Below, piece after piece: positions 28,120-34,145 of a stretch of DNA of 34,145 bases. The translations under genes were made by a program, and so were the position numbers. The notes beneath the pieces were generated by a model, which worked only from the letters and a program-made list of their open reading frames with translations, had not been told where the DNA came from and ran no database searches. The first letter of the stretch is position 1; the number at the start of each line of letters is the position of its first letter. Source of the DNA: an uncultured Chloroflexota bacterium (lineage in GTDB: Bacteria > Chloroflexota > Dehalococcoidia > Lucifugimonadales > CAJWER01); contig CAJWER010000003.1 of assembly GCA_913030785.1 (NCBI GenBank), forward strand, positions 1 through 34,145, written 5' to 3'.

Positions 28120-30981
28120 GTGAAGTATCCATTGAGAACTCTGTCCATCGTAGTGGCTCTGGGGCTGCTGGTGGCTGCCATAGCGGCAGGCCCGGCCTTT
28201 TTAGGGTCACAGCCGGTGGAAGCCGCGACGGTAACCATCGCTGAGAACGACGTCGAGTTCGCCACGGCTGCCGGCGTTGATGTCAGCTCCGCCAAGCCGA
28301 ACTCGACGAGCACGATCTTTATCCGCGACGATGCCCTTGAGACCACCAAGAGTGGTACTGCGGTGTTCAGCGGAATCCCGACGGACTCGAAATTCTTTGA
28401 TATCGCCAACGGTGAGGCGGGTCCTACCGCGGCTAGCTCGACGGCATCAGGTGTGACTGTAGTGCTGACGGCGGCAGATTATGCCTCGTCTTCACCTAGC
28501 ACCACGCCGTTAACGGGCAACCCGACCGCCGTGGTCGGAACGGCCTCTTCTTTCGTCGTCGGCTCTGACGTGGATGCTGGAACGTTCACCGTCCTCGTGG
28601 CCGCTAACGCCACGACCACCGGTACCTTCTCGTATCACGTTCAGGACGTGTGGACCGGTACCGATTCCACTTTGCGGCGGGCCAAGATCATCAGTACCTC
28701 CGACCCCGCGGGCGAGTACGTCACCGTTACTGAGGTAGCGTCGGCCACCGACTCCACGGGCTCTGCAACGTCCAGAGTATTCAGCGGCCTCGTGTTCTTG
28801 TCCTCTGACGCGGCGACCCAGGGCACCAACAGCGACGGCGTGTGGGTACAGGACGCCGACACCCTGACGGTTCAGTACTTGGACTCTGCGGGGACGGTAG
28901 TGGACAGCGACACCGTGACCATTGACGGCGTCAAGCCCACTATCGCGGCAATCGTACCGGCGGACGGGAACGTTACCAACGTGGCGAACCCGACTGTCAC
29001 CTTTGACGTAACTGACTCGGGCTCAGGGATCTCGACGACCAACTTCGCCACCGACCTGACCTTGGCGATCAATGGGACAGCGGTCACGAACATCTCGTTC
29101 CAGGCCATCGCGGACGGGTTCCGAGCCATCTATGCCTCAGGCGTAGCTTGGACGACGGCGACTACTACTCTTGGTGGCTTTGCCATCACGGATAGCACGG
29201 AATTTAGCTTGACGATTACCGCTACAGACCAGGCGGGTAATACCCAGACGGTGGAGACCACCGCTGCTAACATCACGATTGACAAGACCGCTCCGGTCCT
29301 GTCGTCTGCCTCAACAGGCGCGGCGAATACAGCCATCGTGGTGACCTTCAGCGACACCGTGGGACTTGACGCAACGACAGTCGCTGCGTCCGACTTTACA
29401 ATCTCCGGCGGCGTGACCGTATCCGCCGCTGCGGTGGATGCCGACAACAAGAACGTGGTCAATCTGACAGTCTCCGCTATGGCTTCCGATTTGAAGCCAA
29501 CGGTTACAGTGTCGGGCGTTAGCGACACGGCCGGTAACGCGGTCGCTGCCGCCTCTGTGGTGACCGCTACTGACGGTGTGAAGGCTGTCCAGTCTTCAGT
29601 CACCGTTGACAAGAGTCTGGCCATTTTGGCCGATGTGGTGACGACCTCCCTCGGCACTGACGAGAAGATGGCCGTTGACTGGCCCATAATCACGTTCAAC
29701 GGTCCGAGTGGAGCGACCAACAACGGTGCGCTCACTGTGACGTCGCCAACGCCGAACAACTTTGAGGCCGCGGCAACGGTTGTTGCTGGCGATACGACGG
29801 GAACCTTCGGTGTAGCCATCCAGTCCAAGGATCTGGGTAACAACCTGACCGACAACTTGACGGATGTCACGGCGGAGACGCCGAGCATCAGCGGCGCGGT
29901 CCTGACGCTAGCTAACGGCCCTCTAGGTGACACAGACTTCAATGGTACCGTAGGTGCATCCGATGTCACCGTGTTCATGAACGCGACGACTACTGGCGTA
30001 CCATCGATTAGTGCCATTGACGCGAGTGCTAGGACCATCACCCTCGCGAGCCCGGCAACATCGACCGAGGCTTGGACGGTCACGTACAGCTATACGACGG
30101 ACACGGTCGAGATTGATCAGTCCGCCCCTACGGTGACCTTCGACCCCGATGGCACGGCGAGCGTGCAGAACCAGTCGCCGTTTGTCCGCCTCGTCTTTGA
30201 TGAGGATGAGTACCCCGGTGACAGCTACAAGACGGTAACGCTGACAAAGGCCTCGCTTACCGATCCGGCTGGCGTAGTCTCGGACGTCCTAGCCAGCTTC
30301 TCGACCGGTGACAACATTGAGTTCATCTGGTCGGCCACCGACTTGGCCTTGGGCGCCTACACCTTGAAGGTGAGCGCCACGGACACGGCGGGCAACGCCC
30401 TGACCGATGCTACTGGCACGTTTACCATAGCGAAGCGCACGGTTTCGCTGGCTATTAGGCCGGGCTGGAACCTCGTGTCCCTGCCCGATTCGCCGGCAGC
30501 GTCCGCAAACGGCGTGAACGACGTGTTCAGCTCCGATAAGATTGACGTGGTGCTTAGCTACGACGCGATTCGGAACAACTGGTTCAGCGCGACGCGGCAG
30601 TCAGATGGCACCCTGGGCAGGCCTGGTAGCGGCCTCGCTCTCGACACTGTGGCAACCGGCAAGGGCTACTGGGTCCATTCGACGGCGGTTGTATCGCTGA
30701 CGGTAGACGTACCTGGCCTCGCGCCGGGAGCGCCCGCACAGCCGCCGAGCTTTGCACAGACGAGGGGCTGGAACCTGGTGTCCTACACGACATCGGACCT
30801 GAGCGTGACCACGATTGATGTAGACAGCTACTTCACCGGCCTCGATTGGTCGAGGGCCTTTGGTTACGACAACGCGACGAACAAGTTTACGAGCCTGCTG
30901 CCGGATACTGCGGACACGGTGGCTCTGGGCAAGGCATACTGGGTATTCCTGAACAAGGCCGGTACGCTAGTTCCCCCGTAA
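28120..30981 (+). CDS. Large secreted Thr/Ala/Ser/Val-rich Ig-like repeat protein, probable S-layer or major surface protein
   Basis: Sec signal ending VEA|A; no Cys; acidic; three DxAGN Ig-like motifs; duplicated C-terminal GWNLVS...YWV module; own promoters and strong terminator. Confidence 0.7.
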   Translation: MKYPLRTLSIVVALGLLVAAIAAGPAFLGSQPVEAATVTIAENDVEFATAAGVDVSSAKPNSTSTIFIRDDALETTKSGTAVFSGIPTDSKFFDIANGEAGPTAASSTASGVTVVLTAADYASSSPSTTPLTGNPTAVVGTASSFVVGSDVDAGTFTVLVAANATTTGTFSYHVQDVWTGTDSTLRRAKIISTSDPAGEYVTVTEVASATDSTGSATSRVFSGLVFLSSDAATQGTNSDGVWVQDADTLTVQYLDSAGTVVDSDTVTIDGVKPTIAAIVPADGNVTNVANPTVTFDVTDSGSGISTTNFATDLTLAINGTAVTNISFQAIADGFRAIYASGVAWTTATTTLGGFAITDSTEFSLTITATDQAGNTQTVETTAANITIDKTAPVLSSASTGAANTAIVVTFSDTVGLDATTVAASDFTISGGVTVSAAAVDADNKNVVNLTVSAMASDLKPTVTVSGVSDTAGNAVAAASVVTATDGVKAVQSSVTVDKSLAILADVVTTSLGTDEKMAVDWPIITFNGPSGATNNGALTVTSPTPNNFEAAATVVAGDTTGTFGVAIQSKDLGNNLTDNLTDVTAETPSISGAVLTLANGPLGDTDFNGTVGASDVTVFMNATTTGVPSISAIDASARTITLASPATSTEAWTVTYSYTTDTVEIDQSAPTVTFDPDGTASVQNQSPFVRLVFDEDEYPGDSYKTVTLTKASLTDPAGVVSDVLASFSTGDNIEFIWSATDLALGAYTLKVSATDTAGNALTDATGTFTIAKRTVSLAIRPGWNLVSLPDSPAASANGVNDVFSSDKIDVVLSYDAIRNNWFSATRQSDGTLGRPGSGLALDTVATGKGYWVHSTAVVSLTVDVPGLAPGAPAQPPSFAQTRGWNLVSYTTSDLSVTTIDVDSYFTGLDWSRAFGYDNATNKFTSLLPDTADTVALGKAYWVFLNKAGTLVPP

Positions 30982-31027
30982 ACCGGGAGCATGATCGAAA
31001 CCGAATTAGTTAACGGGATAGGATAGT

Positions 31028-31068
31028 AAAGCCTCCCTCCTCCGTCATGGGGAGGGAGGCTTTTTTTT
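31028..31068 (+). terminator. Strong intrinsic terminator of the S-layer-like gene
   Basis: AAA-GCCTCCCTCC...GGAGGGAGGC followed by T8. Confidence 0.92.
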
Positions 31069-31078
31069 GAGGAGCAAG

Positions 31079-33010
31079 ATGAGGGGACAGATTGTGGTGC
31101 GGCCAGTAGTGGCGTTTGTTGTGGCGGCGATTGCCGTCAGTGTTCTCGTTGAGGCCGCCATTGCGCAAGTGCCACCCATCCCTGCGATCTATTCGGGCAC
31201 AGCGACTGTTGGAGGCCAACTGGTTCCCGATGGTCAGTTCATCATTGGAAGGGTCGGAAACTACGAATCCGATCCGGCTTTCGTGCGTAGTGGGGCTTTC
31301 GACCTGGTCGTGGCTCCGCAAGACTCGAGTCTGATCAACCAAAAGTTGTCGTTTTTCCTCAGTGGCCAGGTTGAAGCGGACCGAACAGTTAATTTTGTGC
31401 CAGCCTCGGTAGATTTGGACTTTGATCTGGTATTTTCGAAGCTACCTGACCCGACGCCGACCCCGACCGCGACCCCTACGGCCACGCCGCGGACGGCGCC
31501 AACCATTGTCTATTCTGGTTCGATCATCGTTGCGGGAGGTGACGTACCCCCGGGGGCAACACTGGTGGCGAATTTGGGATCCTACCAATCAACTTCAGCC
31601 TCTATTGAAGGAAACAACTACAGGGCTTTGGTCGTTGACCCGCGGGACGGAGAACTGCTCGGTGAGCTGATTGTCTTTACGCTTAATGGATTCTCGGCTA
31701 CACAGGGTGTGACTTACGAAGAGGGCGGCCTGAGCCGCACTATGGATTTGATATTTATTGGATTGTCAGCGCCGACTCCGACATCCACTCCTTCACCTGT
31801 GGCGACGCCGACCCCAACTGCGACGCCTACACCCGTGCCGACACCTCCGGGAATTTTCATTTCTCCATCTGCAATTTCCGTTAATGAGACTGGTACGGGA
31901 AATGTTGGCACATTCACAGTGGCCCTTAATAGCCAGCCGACATCGGAAGTTGTCCTAGCTTTAACGCCGTCTGATTTAAGTGAGCTAACGACTAGCCCAA
32001 ATACAGTGACGTTCACGCAGAACGACTGGGCAGATGGACGAATTATTACTGTTTCTGGGGTTTTTGATGGCGTTAGTGACGGTAATCAGCTTGCTGAGAT
32101 TGAAATTTCAGTGGCCGAGAGTTCAAGCGCAGATGAATATGACAATGTTGGTTCTTCGGTAGTCGATGTTACTATCTTCGACGTTCCATGCGAATCGTCA
32201 GAAGGGTGCTGTGCTTCGCCATCTGCCCCGACACCTACACCATCGGTAGATTTTATAATTGGAGAGGAGGTTTCGGGCGATCTTTCTGTTGTTGGCGAGA
32301 TAGATATTTGGGAGTTCTACGCTGAATCAGAATCTCCGGTCGATATTTACATGTGGACACCTTTAGATGGAGTGCATGTTGATACTCTAGTTCGTTTGAG
32401 AGACCCGAATGGTCGTGAGGTTGCGTCAAATGACGATCGGAGTAGTGCCGTGGAACAAGCATTTACAGAGGGGATACTCAGCGTAGAGCCGTTTGGTCCG
32501 TATAACTCCGCTATTCTTCGTTTTAATCCTTCAGAAACCGGGGTTTATAGTTTATATGCCGGTTCATATGCGAATAGAGACCAGGGTGATTATCTTTTCA
32601 AGGTAGTTTGCGCACTCCCCCCGCCTCCTATTGAGGTACTTCCCATTTCGGTTGGAGAGGAAGTTTCGGGTGATTTGACCAGAAGCGGTGAAACAGACGA
32701 ATGGGCTTTCGAAGCGATAGCGGGTTCATCCGTAACTATTTATATGTGGACTCCAGTAGGTGGGCGATTCGTAGACACTTATTTGAGATTGAAGAACCCT
32801 GAGGGTATGCAAGTGGTATATAACGACGATTTTAGTTCCGCGGTTAACCGTGCCTTCGAGGATGGGTTATTGGCTGTCGGTCCAACGGGTTCGTTAAACT
32901 CAGCTATTATAGAACACCCTATATTGACGACCGGTATTTATACGATTGTTGCCGATACATATAGGAACGTAGGGATCGGGGATTACCGAATTAAATTGAT
33001 AACGCCGTAG
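31079..33010 (+). CDS. Modular secreted surface protein: two N-terminal beta repeats, Pro/Thr linkers, Calx-beta/Ig-like domain, two PPC-like domains
   Basis: ATG at 31079 after GAGGAG; signal peptide AIA|Q; IYSGTATVGG and VYSGSIIVAGG repeats; (PT)n linkers; FTVALNSQPT...TFTQNDW; two GEEVSGDL...DT..RL..P.G.....NDD repeats 393 nt apart. Confidence 0.75.
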   Translation: MRGQIVVRPVVAFVVAAIAVSVLVEAAIAQVPPIPAIYSGTATVGGQLVPDGQFIIGRVGNYESDPAFVRSGAFDLVVAPQDSSLINQKLSFFLSGQVEADRTVNFVPASVDLDFDLVFSKLPDPTPTPTATPTATPRTAPTIVYSGSIIVAGGDVPPGATLVANLGSYQSTSASIEGNNYRALVVDPRDGELLGELIVFTLNGFSATQGVTYEEGGLSRTMDLIFIGLSAPTPTSTPSPVATPTPTATPTPVPTPPGIFISPSAISVNETGTGNVGTFTVALNSQPTSEVVLALTPSDLSELTTSPNTVTFTQNDWADGRIITVSGVFDGVSDGNQLAEIEISVAESSSADEYDNVGSSVVDVTIFDVPCESSEGCCASPSAPTPTPSVDFIIGEEVSGDLSVVGEIDIWEFYAESESPVDIYMWTPLDGVHVDTLVRLRDPNGREVASNDDRSSAVEQAFTEGILSVEPFGPYNSAILRFNPSETGVYSLYAGSYANRDQGDYLFKVVCALPPPPIEVLPISVGEEVSGDLTRSGETDEWAFEAIAGSSVTIYMWTPVGGRFVDTYLRLKNPEGMQVVYNDDFSSAVNRAFEDGLLAVGPTGSLNSAIIEHPILTTGIYTIVADTYRNVGIGDYRIKLITP

Positions 33011-33107
33011 GAACTAAGTAAAAGTCTGAGCCTTGTTTGGCGCGATTTCTAATGGAACTTCAATCTCTAGTTGGTGTCGATACTAGAGGTAAGAGTATCA
33101 ACGTACG

Positions 33108-33116
33108 TGATATACT
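33108..33116 (+). promoter_or_regulatory. Extended -10 bacterial promoter upstream of the archaellin gene
   Basis: TGA-TATACT inside an imperfect palindrome centred on ACGTACGT; the region is AT-rich, so a chance match is possible. Confidence 0.4.
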
Positions 33117-33243
33117 TGATAGGCTTAGTTATATTCCTATTGGCCGGCCTTTAAGCCTATATTCTGGTTCAGAAACTTTAGTAATTCTTGTTGTAATTGG
33201 TCCGAGGTTAACGCGGATGCAGATTAAGGAGAGGTTATTTTCG

Positions 33244-33891
33244 ATGGTTGACGGTTGTTTAAAAAAGACATTTTCTCGGTTTTGTAAAGATAGGTCAGGA
33301 ATCACAGGGTTGGAAACAGCCATTGTTTTAATAGCCTTCGTAGTCGTGGCGGCAGTATTTGCGTTTACTGTTCTTACGACTGGACTGTTCACATCAGAAA
33401 AAGCAAAAGAAACTGCTTTAGCTGGCGTAGCCACGACATCCTCGTCCATGACTATTAAAGGCAATATTATCGCTCGAGCAACGGCAGGGGCTAATCCAAC
33501 TGTTGAGGTCGTACGCGTGAAAGTGGCTACTGCAACAGGCGTGGAGCCAGTACTATTTGACCCTGAACAGATTTTGGTTACATATCAGGACGATAATAAC
33601 GTCGAGCAGCTTGCCTATCCTGGAGGGGCAACAGGCGTAATAACCACTGCAGCAACTGTAACAGCGTGTAAGAATAGAACTACACACACTTGGTGTTACG
33701 CTCGTGATGGAGCTGATTTATTGTTAGACCCGGGTGAAGTTAACGAACTGTATATATTCGTGGACGACCTTGCGACAAAGCTAGGGGCGAATAAGCAATT
33801 CACTGTAGAGATAATCCCACAAGATGGAGCAGTACTTAAATTTGAACGGAGGACTCCGCTTAGCTTATCTCCGGTGATGAACTTAAATTAA
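33244..33891 (+). CDS. Archaellin (archaeal-type flagellin, ArlB/FlaB family), 215 aa
   Basis: ATG at 33244 after AAGGAGAGG; class III signal peptide KDRSG|ITGLETAIVLIAFVVVAAVFAFTVLTTGLFTSEK with Glu at +5; LVTYQD, DLLLDPGE and FTVEIIPQDGA.L..ERRTP C-terminal motifs. Confidence 0.93.
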   Translation: MVDGCLKKTFSRFCKDRSGITGLETAIVLIAFVVVAAVFAFTVLTTGLFTSEKAKETALAGVATTSSSMTIKGNIIARATAGANPTVEVVRVKVATATGVEPVLFDPEQILVTYQDDNNVEQLAYPGGATGVITTAATVTACKNRTTHTWCYARDGADLLLDPGEVNELYIFVDDLATKLGANKQFTVEIIPQDGAVLKFERRTPLSLSPVMNLN

Positions 33892-33941
33892 ATATATTGG
33901 TAAGTCTGCTCGTATATTCAATTAAATAGCTGTTCGGTATT

Positions 33942-33975
33942 ATTTAGCCGGGATAAGAATCTATTCCGGCTAAAT
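33942..33975 (+). terminator. Stem-loop downstream of archaellin (attenuating terminator or mRNA stabiliser)
   Basis: ATTTAGCCGGGATA-agaatc-TATTCCGGCTAAAT, 14-bp stem with one G-U pair, then TGTTT. Confidence 0.6.
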
Positions 33976-34016
33976 TGTTTAGACAGATCAAATGGTAATT
34001 ACAACAGAGGTATGGA

Positions 34017-34145
34017 ATGGTTCGTTCAGATGGAAGGCAAGATGATCGGCTTGAATCGCTTGAGTTAGAGTTCAATCTTCTTAAAACGGAGATTAGACAA
34101 ACCTTAATTGACGTAAAAGAGTTCGTCATGAAAGGAAGGTCAGTA
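34017..34145 (+). CDS. Partial coiled-coil protein, probable archaellum accessory protein (possibly ArlC/D/E-like), truncated by window edge
   Basis: Manual translation MVRSDGRQDDRLESLELEFNLLKTEIRQTLIDVKEFVMKGRSV, open to the end; GAGGT SD; directly follows archaellin. Family assignment rests on recall and context only. Confidence 0.55.
   Translation, partial: MVRSDGRQDDRLESLELEFNLLKTEIRQTLIDVKEFVMKGRSV

Noticed and set aside
28120-30981. N-glycosylation sequon enrichment in the S-layer-like protein
   Set aside because: About 13 NxS/T sequons were counted, but the protein is so Ser/Thr-rich that this may be near chance.
31450-31850. Short tandem DNA repeats or CRISPR-like array
   Set aside because: They encode Pro/Thr linkers; there is no repeat-spacer pattern and no cas gene in the window.
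33037-33243. 69-aa N-terminal extension of archaellin in the ORF track
   Set aside because: The strong SD and a normal short class III signal peptide support the ATG at 33244; the extension covers the likely promoter.

Overview
High-GC bacterial chromosomal window; gene content suggests an aerobic Dehalococcoidia/SAR202-like Chloroflexota, which is an inference and was not tested by search. It holds housekeeping genes (5' end of recA, gyrA, ffh, pyrG, rho), a complete caa3-type cytochrome c oxidase cluster (ctaA, ctaB, subunits II/I/III/IV, ctaG, a small membrane ORF, Sco) with Rex-like operators, and several catabolic paralog-type enzymes. The last 6 kb is a cell-surface locus: a 953-aa probable S-layer protein with a long structured leader, then a modular secreted protein in which GC falls, then an archaeal-type flagellin (archaellin) and the start of a probable archaellum accessory gene at the window edge. 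The archaellin in a bacterial genome, next to an S-layer-like gene and under bacterial-type expression signals, is the main highlight. Other points of interest are a C-rich uORF leader coupled to pyrG, a glutamine amidotransferase-like protein lacking its catalytic residues, an operator-like repeat array at a DUF5343-like gene, and a Rho lacking its N-terminal domain.
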